64,000 nucleotides of DNA. Origin: Lingula anatina. Lineage: Eukaryota; Animalia; Brachiopoda. Position numbers and translations under genes: made by a program. Below the pieces are notes generated by a model. That model ran no database searches and was not told where the DNA came from. It saw nothing but the letters and a program-made list of their open reading frames with translations. Positions within the stretch are counted from its first letter, which is position 1. Each line of letters starts with the position of its first letter. The stretch is from contig CM120646.1 in NCBI GenBank assembly GCA_051362555.1, positions 17,422,001-17,486,000 on the forward strand, in the 5' to 3' direction. Of the stretch, positions 12,901 to 25,700 are shown in pieces.

Positions 12901-15443
12901 TAGACCTGGAAAGATGAACTTACATCAGTCTACAAAAAAAGTTATATTGATATAAATACAAATTAGTTGTGCAGGCCCAACTCAAGACTACTTTTAACTA
13001 CATTGTGCCCCTTATTTTCTTCTAGACCTTGGGCAGCATCCCCTGGCAGTCGTACTTCCAGAGAGTGCTGTCAGTGAAAGGGTCTTCCGAGGCCCAGGTC
13101 CTCTCTGTTGTAGGAGGGGTGGCAGCACTGGTCATGGCTGTCCCCCCCTTGCTACTGGGAGCGGTGGCTAGGTCTGCAGGTACTGTGAGATATGAACTGA
13201 TGTTTGTCTGTCATGATGGCTACGTCATCTGTTGAATATATTATTTTATCACATGAGTATATTTAGCTGTCTGTCTGCCTGTTGATGAAATAATGCCTTT
13301 CTAATTGGGAGATGATTTACAGTTTGTTATCCAAACCCAATTGAAAAAAAAAAAAACATCCGGAAATTATAACTCTGTATATTGATTTTTACTTTTGAAA
13401 AGTGCTATATGTTTTGTAATGTTTTGGAAAGCGAAAAAATTCATCATATTAAAATGCTTGATTTAAGTTAGATTTACAAACATTTTTAAACACACAAAAA
13501 TGGCATCTGACTAATTGAGTTTTTTTTTTGTTTTAAATGTTATTTTGTTTCCTTTATACCCACAGAGTGGAACACAACAGACCTGGGTTCATCCCCCATG
13601 GACAGAAATGAATCCAGCTTGGTCCTTCCTTATGTCATCCATTACTTCACTCCACCAGCTGTAGCAGTTATTGGTAATTGAAATTTCACTGTTTTATATT
13701 GTAAAGCACCTTATTAATAACTTTTTATCTTATAATTTAAAATCAAACTGTGGTAAACTTGCATCCAATGTGAGATAAATTTCATCGAGGTGTATTAGGG
13801 GCAAGGATGCACACATTTCATTTAACCTGGAGTGCAGTAAATGAGTGGGATTATATATTTTAATATATTAAGATGTTAAGATCAGGGGCGGATCCAGAGA
13901 TATTTTCTGACAGTCTTCCATATTATATTTGTTTATCCATCCTCCATTTTTTTACCGTCTTCCGACAGAAAAAATTAGATACCCGTCAATGTAAACTTGA
14001 AAATCTGACCGTCTTCTGGAAGACCCAGAAGACGGCCTGAATCCGCCCCTGAAGATATTAAAATATCTGTACATTGCAACGCACATGTACCACATCCCTA
14101 TATATCATCATTTTATCTCCCTATCTTCCAGCCCTGGGTGGTGTCTCGGCTGCAGTAATGAGCTCTGCGGACAGCTCAGTCCTGGGTTCCAGTTCAATGT
14201 TCACACACAACATTTACAATAAAGTATTCAGAAAGAAGGTAAGGCTGTATTCCCAGAGCTTTTAGATCGATCTATCCCTGCAGGGGAGTCTCACTAGATT
14301 ACTGTCAGATAATCCGGCTTAAATGTCCGTCCCGCCTACTACAAGCTGTAAGGGGGTAATTAACTTTCGTGTCTGCTCGGCTGACAGCTATTTAGCGTGA
14401 ACCTCCAGGGAGTTAGGTCGATCTAAAGTAGATCGATCTAATCTATGGAAATGGGGTCTAAGTGGAGAGCAGTATGGAATTGCTATACGGATTATGTTAT
14501 ATTGATCATATTGTAAAATTTATCTTCGGATCATCATAGTATCTAATACAGTCACTCAAACAAAATGAAAACAATAACAAAACCAACCAGGTGGCTTTAC
14601 TGGTCTGGTACAGTGCCTTTTTAAACACTAGTGCTAACGCATGGATTTTAGTGCCAGTTGTACAGGAGATACAAGTAGTGTTGCTCCTTTACTTCAAAGT
14701 CATACAGAAAATAATCATCATTAAAAAGCCTCTTAGAAGACTTTATGTTATTGTAACAGTTGTTATCTTTCTTATTAATTTTAGAACTGAGTTGGGCATC
14801 TTTGTTAACAATTATTTTTAAGGTAATGTTTTTTTTTAATTTTTTTGTTTGTCAGGCATCAGAGGCGGAGCTTCTGTGGGTTCAGCGAATCACAGTGGTA
14901 GGTGTGGGTGTCATAGCAACCACCATGGCCATATTTGTCCACACAGTATACTTCCTGTTCATCCTGGCGGCAGACATCGTCTTTGTGATCATCTTACCTC
15001 AGCTGATATGCGTGGTATATCTTAAAAAGCACACAAACACATATGGAGCCATAGTTGGTTATATAGTCGGACTTTTACTAAGACTTTTGGCCGGAGAGAG
15101 CTTCATACATTTGCCAGTGATAATAAAATATCCATTTTACAGCGAAACCAGCGGACAGCTGTTTCCTTTTAGAACTTTTGCCATGCTAGTCTCTTTGTTG
15201 ACAGTTGTGGTTGTTTCTTTCCTTGCCAAAGCTATGTTTTCAAAACATGTCGTGTCTGAAAAATTGGATATTTTTCGCTGCTTTGCTGACAGGAAGAATG
15301 TTGAAAATAGCACCGGTTTGACTAGGAACAGAGCTGAAGACGAGTCTCAGTGGAGAGATCCATCAGCAGGTGTCAGCAGAGAGGAGTTGATCCAAGACAG
15401 GCCCAGTTATGACTCTTATGAGATGGAGTCAAGTCACCTGTGA
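9916..15443 (+). CDS. SLC5A7: High-affinity choline transporter-like sodium:solute symporter (SLC5A7/CHT1 family), 9 coding exons, 557 aa
   Basis: Exons 9916-10093, 10723-10830, 11294-11449, 11971-12119, 12558-12683, 13026-13179, 13566-13673, 14132-14238, 14856-15443; all GT-AG, total 1674 nt in frame. Motifs FTMTATxVGGGxxNGTAE, [59 protein letters not shown]. May be a paralog rather than the ortholog. Confidence 0.93.
10063..10355 (+). repeat. Tandem repeat, four copies of a 65-80 bp unit spanning the first coding exon/intron junction
   Basis: Units start near 10063, 10128, 10203 and 10278: AACAxTGTGGTGGGCGTGTxxACxATGACAGGTAGGTRAATGACACCTGTCAxATGCCAT. Confidence 0.92.
13883..14051. mobile_element. 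169-bp MITE with CAGGGGCGGAT TIRs and 5-bp TSD (hAT-like, 5-bp TSD type)
   Basis: AAGAT|CAGGGGCGGATCCAG...CTGAATCCGCCCCTG|AAGAT. Confidence 0.85.
14243..14458. mobile_element. 216-bp PIF/Harbinger (Tourist-like) MITE with TAA TSD
   Basis: TAA|GGCTGTATTCCCAGAG...CTATGGAAATGGGGTC|TAA; degenerate TIRs, internal TAGATCGATCTA palindromes; related copies at 1-73 and ~28960-29072. Confidence 0.75.
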
Positions 15444-17725
15444 AAGTTTAGGGTATTTTTTATCAATTGGTGCTATTTTGAGTAAAGATTGGGAAGAGTT
15501 TCTTATTAAAATGTGTAACATTTTTATAGGAGCTATTTAATTGCTTTCATGCAATCAAACCTTGAAACATGTACTATTTACATATTTTCCGTACAGGCTT
15601 AACTATGCATTGTACTTTGCATTTCAAAATCATGCCAAACATCAATGTTTATGATGCCAGATAAATTATTGCTGCATGTTTCCATTTATGATACAGTTTT
15701 GTATGTGTCACTGATAATAGTGCAACATTTTATGTGTTTGTGTTCCAAAACATTCCAAAGCATTCTCTGCAGTGTTTTTATTATTGAGGAATTTTTAAAA
15801 TGCTTCACTTTCTTTTAAACGTCAGCATATTAGTGTATGGGAACTGGCTCTTTATTGATGATGGTTAACTTTACAATATCTGATGATGAATAATTATACA
15901 AGTTAAAGTAAGATCAAATGGTCTTACTCTTTTTCATTCATTTAATTCCACTTATTCCTTTTCTTACACAGATAAAATCAATGCCATTTCTGTATTAAAA
16001 TAACGTAATGATATCAGATCTATATCTAAGAATTTGTTCTTCCTAAAACAAAATATTATCCAGATAATTTTTGAAGCATTGCAGTGGAAGTTTTTCTTGT
16101 TTTTTTCTTCTTTATTATTATTATTATTGCTTTTCCTGTACAACTTCCAATAACCGGATGTGAACAACGGATGAAAACTGATTAATAAAAGACTACAGTA
16201 CAAGACGTTTTGTTAACAAACCTTTTTTATTAACTTTGTCACATGTAAACAATCAGTAAATTAAAGATAATGTAACATTTTACATGGAGTGTTAATAACA
16301 CAAAAACATAAAAACTAACCATTTACGATTACACTTGATGTGTAGCAAAATCATTTTGTATGGATACAGTGAAGAACGGTGCGAATTGCTATTTATACTG
16401 TCGTCATGTTGAACTGGTGCGTAAGGTATACTATATGACTTCAAAACTCAAATCGTGCAATAATGGTGACGTTGCAATATGACTTTGCGTAGACAAGACG
16501 CCACAATGTAAACTTTTGATCTAAAAATTGAATAACAATTATGCGTATTACGGAATGACATCTGCATCACAGAAATGCCTGTCACTGATAATATGACGAG
16601 TGCAGTGGCCCTTTTCATGTACAAGTCTATGATTGATAGTTATATATATATATCACAGTTGCATTGCTCGGAGGGATCGGAATTCCACATTTTAATCTCA
16701 ATAATTTCTCATTCACTGTCTAGAGCATTTTCACCCCGAGCTCAAAATTTTTATCGAATCTTTTCCCGACAACGGCTCGAGTTCTCTATACTCACACAGA
16801 TATATGTGTTACTTTCTCTCTGAGGAAAGTCTTGCTATTCGAAATGCTCTAGTGAAACTCCGCACGAATTTTTTTTAATGAGGTTCTATAGCACACAGGG
16901 TTGGAAGACTTAAATTCTGCGCTTCTCACACAATGTGGGCATTGACAATAAAGTCGATATCAAGACAATGCTAATCTTGTCCTGGCTTTGGCTTGGTAGA
17001 GTCACGATTATATCATAAAACAAAACCCATGGCAACATACATGCTTACGAGGGATGATTGCAAATGAGGGGTATATCTCGCTTTCTGCGCAAAGAAATGT
17101 CTCCTCCAATGCGATACATTCCACAGAACCTCTTCTGTGCTGAAAGCGCTGACGTTGTATCTAGTTTGAACAAATGGCAATGAAACTACCAGCGCGGCGT
17201 ACAATGTGTGTGCGTAAAGTAAGTGGGGTATATAAGTAATAAAGTTGGCACGGAGAATAATGGAACGATGGCATTTTATATAGAAGACGGACGGATGTCC
17301 GGGAAGTATCACAGTTCGAAACTCATTCACATATTGACAATGCATGTTTTCCAGGGAAAACTGACTGCCGCGGAAATCAATTGCCATGGTATCTGTTTTT
17401 GTGACAATAACTGACAAGGACACGGGGGCGTGGTCTTTGTGCTGCACAGCGGGGAGAATCCATATTGGGCAATATGTCTTCACACTGGTCAAAAGCCGGC
17501 TGACACATTTTTGTTAAATTTCTCTGTTGATATGTGGCATTCACACACATCAGCCTAAGCGTATTGTAAGCATTTTTGGCTTTGGGTTATCATCGTTTTC
17601 AGTGTACTGGTATTGCCAGTATACGTACACGCATTCGATTCTCCTTCCGACTGTACGTTTTGTTTTATCTCAGCCCTTTTCCATTCATTAAACACCCGTA
17701 AGTTAGCTGAGAATTAAAACTAGAT

Positions 17726-20700
17726 TTATGTGTCAGTGATCGCCGATCTACCGACAGAACTGGCCGACGTAGCAGTCCGCTTTGGCGACGACAATGCCAC
17801 GGTTGTGTCATTCTTGCTAGCTGTCTGTATACCCGCACTGTGGCGATTTACTCTGCTAGATTCGAACCCCGCCGGAAAAGACGAGTCAAGTTTTTGTGAA
17901 TTTGCAGCTCGCCGATGCTGTCTTGCGCCACCACTTGTGGCTGAGGAGGGATGAATCTTATAATTTTGAGAGAATTTCACCCTGGGTTCTCGATCAGTTG
18001 GTAACTGTGTGATAAAAGTCGTTGAGTAATCCGCAGCGCCGTCATCATCTAGAGCCGCATTGGCGGCGGCAATTTTCTCTATAATTTCCTTCTTACTCCT
18101 GCCATCACCCTTCTTCTTCTTGGTGTGCATTTTATACGGATCCTTCTTATTTTTGAGTTTAGCCATCTCCTCCGCTTCCTTTTTAAGGTCCTCGAGGCGA
18201 GATTGGGGTCGGTGAAAAACCCAACCTTTCTGTAAGTCCACTCTTTCGTCTTGGCTTAATCTAGCACTGGGCGGGACAGTACTAATAAATTTAGTCTGAT
18301 CTATGTCTCCTAAAGCCTCCTCCCATATATTGGTCTTTTTCTTACTGCGCACCGTAAAGGCGTCTATTGTCGGGAGGTTGGAAGGCGTCTTAATACGCGA
18401 GCGGATAGGTCGCATGTAGCCTGGCTCTTTCTTTGGGTAGTCCTCGTCTATTGCCTGTGAAATCAGAGAATGAAAGAATTTAGTTATTATGCCATATCTA
18501 ATAAGAAGTGAATTAAGAATATTTGTTATGATAGTAAGTTCCTCAATCAAGAAACGTGTGACGCAAATGTTTCCGAAACGCATACTTGGAATAAGACCCA
18601 GATGGAAAAAAATTAATAAAACTGATTTCAGAATTATTAAGTAAATATATAGTTCCTTTTGTATTTGTAACATTAAAAATTCTAGTAAGTTGAAGAATAA
18701 TAAATTTAAAATGGGCTGATATATTACGTCACGCGTTGAATGTTTTCCCATTTACGCCCCTGTGCTGTCAAGCATCTTAAACAAGTAATGCCGCTTTGGG
18801 TTGCGTCGAGCAAATGAAACTGTTTGTAAATATTTGTATTATATGAACGCCAGAAGGCAGATTTTTGTATCGCTTCCACTTAACGTCTATTCACACACTT
18901 AATCATACATTTTCGTATTTGTACATCCTTCTGATTAAGTGCTGGTTTAAAGGTGAATACCACGTATGTAGCATATATTAAAACTAGTTTAAAACCAAAT
19001 AACCAACTAGCTGGCAAGCTTTTCTCTTTCAGCACTTTTAAAAGTCACAAATAAATAGTCCTAGGTTTTTGAAATACTCTCTCCAGTGACAAGATTGTAT
19101 CAAATGGTTTATGAAGTACCAACGGTCGATAAAACAAACTGTTTGTCTTGTTCGACCTTCTTTATGTCGTAAGAGCTAAGTGGGGGAGGGTACACACCGT
19201 TGTGATTACCTAAAACTTCAATAGTCTGTAACAGGGTGCCATAACCGAGGTGCTCAAGCAAGACGACCCCCATTGGCATTCAGGAGAAGAGGTTGCATTT
19301 CACTTAATTTCTTGGGATAGTGTCGAATTTATATAACTCTTATAACATTCGCCGTAGAGCAATAGCAAGATATGTGTGTTGGGGGGGGGGGGGGGGGAGT
19401 AAATCTCTTTAAAAGAACTTCGGTGTGCTCCCTTTTTCTTGTAATACACAGTCTACTTCAAGTTTTTGTTTTAGTACTTACTAATAAGGCAAATGTACTG
19501 ACACTTAATATGTGTAGGCCCCTATTTCGATCGAATCTTGGCGTTACATCCATATAAATATATATGCGTGCTGGATTCTCGTTCTTTTCCTGAGTGTTGA
19601 AAGTTTCATTAACGAGAGAAACTAACACCTGGAGAGTTGTAAAATATTAATATTTCCTCCTGAATATTTACTTGTCAAGCACACGCAAACACGCCGATAC
19701 AAAGAAAAGACTGATCAATAACCCTTGAATATTGGTCCTTGATGATGACATGATCTTAAAAGCCAAATTCCCTCACGCGAAAAATGCCTCTTGTCATTAA
19801 TTATATAAGGCAATGATTGTCTAGCTGTGAATTATGTATATATACACGGTGGCTGTAAAGCTATTGCAATCGCTCCTTAAACCAATATGACTTCAAACAG
19901 CTGATTTCAGAAAACATTGCCTGAAAATGTTCTGCAAACATTAATTTATGGCACATTCGGGGTATGCTGTGTGGTATTTACTGTTAAAGCACACCGCTAA
20001 GAATTGTAGGGATTTGAGCCTTTCTTGTCCAGCCGCCTGCCCCCTTTTTCACCTTGGTTTTTTTAGCGACGAGGTGAACCGTTACTTTTAAAAACAACAA
20101 TTTAAGGCTTGTTCTTGATTGCGATCACCCTAGAAATACCTCGTACAAACTGAAGATTAGCAGAAACTGAACCCGTTGATGATAGACAAGATTCGTTACA
20201 GCGGAAGTGTTGTCTCAATCATTAAAAAAGGAAAGAAAAAACCCTCTGCACTCTGCACCCATGTATTAGTAAATGGATCAAAGTTTTGAACAGTGTATTA
20301 TTCCGGTACTAGCATATCGATTGTTACATTGGAAAGGACGTGTCATATTGCACTCCTGTCACAAGCAAACAAAATGTATGTAAAAAAGTGCGCTCAATAC
20401 TGGTAGTACCAGTATCTGGAATCCTTTTATAACAAAATGTGTCAGAAACAAAGCACATAAGGACAGGGTCGTATTACTTATTGGGTACAAAAGTCGAAAG
20501 TTTGCGTGTAAGGTTTTCAAACACGCCCCCTCAATGCCATAGTAACGTGCGTGAAGTCCGTTGATAATTATCTGAATAACCCTAATGGGAGACGTTACTA
20601 AAATAAGGCTGATTAAGCAAGTTTTAACCCCCTCTTGTTGACTGGAAACCTATATATGTAACTATGATCATAAATGTACAGCTACGTCTATGCCAGTGAT

Positions 20701-21159
20701 CATAGAACGGCTTCAAGGAACTGAGTCGTTCTTTAAAAAATTGAAGCTTTTTTTCAGATAGAATGAAAATGTACAATATTCTTTCGGGTGCAAGATAGTT
20801 GTTTTTGTTTTAAAAACTAGTGAACAAGGTCAACAGTTTTAGAAGAGAAAGGATAATGTCATTTGGAAACCCACCTGTTCGTAGTGCATCCACGCCTCTG
20901 GACTCGGGGGTCTCTCGACTATGATGGTGGGCTCGAAGTTGTACAACATTTGCGACTGCAAAAACCTCTTCTTTTCCTGCTCAAAATGCATTTGTTTTCT
21001 CCGGATTTGAGCCTCGATTTTCTTCCTCTCCTTGTCGTGAAGTCGGTCTTCATGGGTGTTGGTTTTGAGAACGCAGAGGCCCACTTTCGAGTCCATCATG
21101 TAGCGAGCTGTGTTCATCGCCCGCTCCCGTTCAATCAAACCCTGTCGTGATGTCAACAT
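17726..21159 (-). CDS. Uncharacterised 337-aa basic protein with N-terminal coiled-coil-like segment and low-complexity tail, two coding exons
   Basis: Exon 21159-20875 (MLTSRQG...WMHYEQ, donor CAG|GTGGGT) joins in phase 0 to exon 18454-17726 (acceptor TTTCACAG|GCAATA; AIDEDYPKKEPGYMRP...AITDT*). The first 99 codons of track ORF 17726-18751 are intronic. A 5'-UTR acceptor lies at 21469. Confidence 0.82.
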
Positions 21160-22743
21160 TGTGGCTGGTCGGTGTTGAGCAAATTATCCGAGGGTGTGAA
21201 AGGGGGTGATCACACTTACTGATCTTGAGTTTTCAAATAATAAAAGTAATAATTGAAGAGCTTGTGCTTTCTCTCTTAAGTTATTGTATATTCCTCGTCT
21301 GTGCCGTTCATCTGGGTAGGTGTATCCGGATGTATCTGTTTTTATAGAAGTTGTATTGAAATAACTGGATTATTGTCTTTTTCTCTGATTAAGTCGACGT
21401 GGTGAACATAAGACGAAGACAATCTAGTGCCCTAATCATCTTGTGTGTAACGGCATCGTAAGTTCAGCCTGAAAAAAATAAAATAAAAATTAAAAACTTG
21501 TTATTCAGTGCATGTACACTAGTGGAGAATAGGACTCTGAAAATCATGTGTTCAGTTGCAGATTTGAGAGCTGCGGGTTCGATTTCACAGAAAATATTTA
21601 AAAGTATAATTCTTCAATCAAGAGAAAAGAGGAATAAGTCAGCGGCGTTGACGCTTTCTACTCTCTATTCTCTCTCTCTCTCTCTCTCTCTCGCCAGGCA
21701 CAATAACAGGATGCCGAGAATCCAAAGACATCAGTCCTATTGTAAGTTATCAGGCAGTTTTTATCTGCTCTGTTTTTCACCCTGTCAGCCCTCACCAGAC
21801 CCACATGTTGACTCAGAGATCGATGTCGTCCATCTTTCATGTAACTGTCAACAAAATCAACCCATGTCACACTGAACGGTGTTGGTTCACGGACAATGTC
21901 AATAGTTGTATTGTACCCTGTTCCTTAACAATGGAGGCCACACCGAATCAGACGTGCTGGCGCTTTGTCTTGCTGGATTTAGATAAAATTGAAGAGAGCT
22001 CACAGGGATTTATGTGCACCATCCTTTCGCATTTGAACATTTTGTAGTTACTAGTCTTTAAGAATGGTATCGGTTCCTTTTTTTAATGTTTTTATTTTCA
22101 TGGTGAAGTGTAAAACCTCCTAAAATGATGTTGTCAACAGGGAGTGTGAACTCTGGTGTAACCTTACTGAAACAAACAGGGCTTCTTCTATCTAATTGCA
22201 AATCTAAGGTCCAGCATTTTCTATTATTCACATTTTCCTCCCTGATTTTTTCTTTCTTTTTTCTTTTCTTTTCTTCCCCGTTTACTTATCATACAGATAT
22301 AATGTACAAATATATTGGATCTGCATCAAGATATCTCAGTAGAAAACATGAAATATTATTGAGAAAAAAAGATACTCGTATAGAAATATGTATCTATATC
22401 ATTGCCTGGGGACAGAAAATCATTTAATCAAGTCATATATGAATCTAAAATCAGAACAAAATATTGTTTAATCTAAGTAGAGGATATTACGGACGTATTT
22501 GTTGCGATAGCTGAGAGGATCGACTTTCTACTTTGTTAATTTATCATTTAGAATATTACTTACACCCCTGGAGAAGGCCAGATATTCAAACATTTTAATG
22601 AACAAAGTTTATCTTATCTCTTTATGAAATCCTCTTAAAAGTTGTCTGATAAAGGAAATGTAACGCCAGGTTATCATTCGTCAAAATTGTCGTCATGTCT
22701 GATATTAACCGGCGTGTTTAGTATGAGAATGGGCACTGCACTT

Positions 22744-22746
<3 letters not shown>

Positions 22747-22782
<36 letters not shown>
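22747..22782 (+). repeat. (GA)n microsatellite
   Basis: Direct reading; other GA/CT tracts near 2684, 4451, 21670, 27554, 27979, 37967. Confidence 0.95.
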
Positions 22783-22785
<3 letters not shown>

Positions 22786-25700
22786 GTGCTAGAATTGAAA
22801 AAGGCGAAAAAAATGAAGTAAGGCTTCAAATTGAATGAATGCAATCATGGTCTTAAAATGAAGAAATTGTATGTCTGAAATGGAGCCGATATCCCTAAAA
22901 GGCCTTCACCATAAGGCAAATAAACTCCATGCCCACACGGCTTGAGGCATGGAATATTAGCCTTTATATACCAGAGAATAAATACTAGTTACAACAAAGG
23001 GAATGTCGTTTGATTATATCACAAGACGTTAAGTGCTCAAACTCGGGTCCCTTAACCCATTCTTCGATTTCCTATTTAATTATATCGAATATCGATCGGC
23101 ATGTTTAAGTTTATTGTTGTTGATTTTTTTGAGGCGTGAAAAAGTTTGACAATGTGAGATGGAGTCAGTTTTGATTTTAGACGTCATCGTTGTTCTTGGA
23201 TAGCAGTCAAAATTTAATGTTAACTTTGCATAAATTACCGTTCATCTTCAGAAGAGAGACGTCACTGGTGCGCGAAATACGCCATGAAACTTTACTACTT
23301 TATTGCCATACTTTTACTGTTTCATCTTATGCTATGGAATTTATTCACTCATAAAACTGTCGATAGTCAAGGGCGTTACCAAGACCAATTTTTTTTATTT
23401 TCGTTTCCTGAATGAAATCACTTGTCTCCTTGCGGGAGCTGACTATTCGATGTTTAATTTTTTATCTTTCCAATTTTCGTGACATAAGTACCATCTCAAA
23501 ACTGATACAGTTTCTGCAAAGTATATTTAGTTTATCATTCCTTTAACGAAAATTCGGGCGAAAGAACGCTCTCTTTTCAGTTGTTTGGCGGTTCGATGTG
23601 CATCTATAACAACTGACATATTTGACGTTTTCAAGGTCAGAGAATGAAGATGAAGCAAACAGAATATAGCCTGCCTCTAAATAAAATCCCACTTACCTTT
23701 GAGGATCTAATCGGGTATGTTCGGTTTAAACCTTTAAAAGTGCTCAGTTGGGTTAAATGCATGCTTCCATGCCACATTTTTCAAAAGTGGAATAATCAAT
23801 TTGTAACCCACAAAATCGATCGTTCATATGTACAGTTTGTTTTTGATTCTGTGCTTGAATCTTCAAGACGAGACAGTTAAAAAAAAAAAAAAAAAAAAAA
23901 ACAGATAGTTGCTGTCCGATTAGTGGAAGATAAATTTATCGGTCTGATAAAAATGTTATCATTGGTCATGTTGATTTTCAATTTGTATCGCGTGCGAACT
24001 GGAGTTCGATATCTTAATCTGTTCACATAACTTTCTATGATTTGTTGCTTTACCAAATATGTGTCCACTTTCCTGCTATTCTTTGAGGAATACTCTAACT
24101 ACAAGTTTTTTACTTTTTGTTTCTTAATCATAGACTTGCGTGACTATTAACCCAACATTAAATTACACATTTGTACATTCTTCGACAGAGCTGGGGAAAG
24201 GGTGGTAAAGTACCGCGGGTATATCTATGAATGCTACGAATGCAGTAGAGAAGACAAAAACAAACATCATCTGCGGTTGTTTCAGTGGCGTCATAGAAAC
24301 AACACAAGCATTTTGGGAACTTAATTAACACTAGATGGAATAGAAATGACAAATAATATATAAAATGTCACCAAAAAAAAGGGGAAAAGTCAGATAATAA
24401 AAAAACATCGAAATTCTTATCATTCCAAAGATTTCACGTAGATTTTGTTTGCATTAACAATAATATCGTAATTATTACTATATATTTATATTGCGAACTG
24501 ATTAATCTGACCAGCAAGGCGGCAACGGTGGGGCCCGGGGGCTCTTGAAATAGCCCGATGGAGAACAGAAAATAAACTAGGTACTAACATATGCAGGGTT
24601 TGATTAGGAAATTTGGACACGATGCAAACTAGACCGTCTCTTATGCCATAATTCTACTTTTTATTCACATGTAGCCTCCCAGTACTTGTCTCAAACGCAA
24701 GTTAAATCTTTGTAATCTATTGATCATGTTATAAGATTAAACTTTTCATTTTTCTACACTAAAATAAATCTGTGAACGAAAGCTCTGTAATGTGAAGCTT
24801 TAAGTGTAGAAAAATGAAGTTTTATCTTATGGCATGTTAAATCTGTTGTGAGTATTGAAATTCTCCATGCAAAGTGAAAAAAAAAAAAAAAAAACAAACA
24901 AACAAAAAAAAAAAAAAAAAAAAAAAAAAAAACGGCATGCACATACTCCTCTTTGAAGAAAAACTTATCAACAAATGGTGGTTTATAATCATTGACTGGG
25001 TATTTGCTTTAAAACTCAACGGGATGATGGTCAGTAAATAGTGAAAAATTACTATAAAGGGGATAAATTCATCATTTCTAATCGCGTTAAAATCCTTTCA
25101 AGTGCTTATCGATCACCAAGTCTGACTTATCTCATAACTGCCCATGGCGCTGGCTGCCAGGCCGCGTGCAGAGCTGCAGAAAATAATTAAGGGAAAAGAT
25201 TCGATTTTATTGTCACATTACACTTGGGGTAATTTCCTATGGCTTCTGCTTGGTGTTTGCCAGCAGGAGACACTCGCTAGATGCGCAAGTTGACACATTA
25301 AGATCTGACGTTAAATATGCTGAAGCCTTGTTTCACTCTAGCAAATTAACATAGTGCAAGAAGAGCGTCTTGATTAGGTTGGTCGCCGATAAAAACCTCT
25401 TTAATTCAAATTCAAGAGTTATTGTTTCTATACAGCTTTAGAAGTTTACCCATTGCACTGTTGGTGGTATTTCGGTGAAAAATTTGCAAATTTAAACAAG
25501 GGTGACTACCTTTGCCTGTGCAATTCGATACTTCCCGAACAGGTATGACACTCACAGTATGATGTAGGCTACGTGGCACCGTATTGGTATTCACAACACG
25601 GCACGGGCAGCTGTTTAAATTTAGGGACATGTTTAAGGTACAGGTAAAACTTTATGGAAATATTTTAAGATACGTTATACGAACACAAATAACCCTACTG

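Noticed and set aside
17013-17492. 159-aa minus-strand ORF
   Set aside because: Non-ATG start, no recognisable motif, lies in the probable 3' UTR of the 337-aa gene.
18455-18751. Hydrophobic N-terminal 99 aa of the 341-aa track ORF
   Set aside because: AT-rich intron sequence upstream of a clear acceptor; not a real membrane segment.
21658-21870. ORF starting MTWVDFVDSYMKDG, resembling a profilin N-terminus
   Set aside because: Similarity stops after ~14 aa, the ORF runs into a GA microsatellite and no further profilin exons were found downstream.
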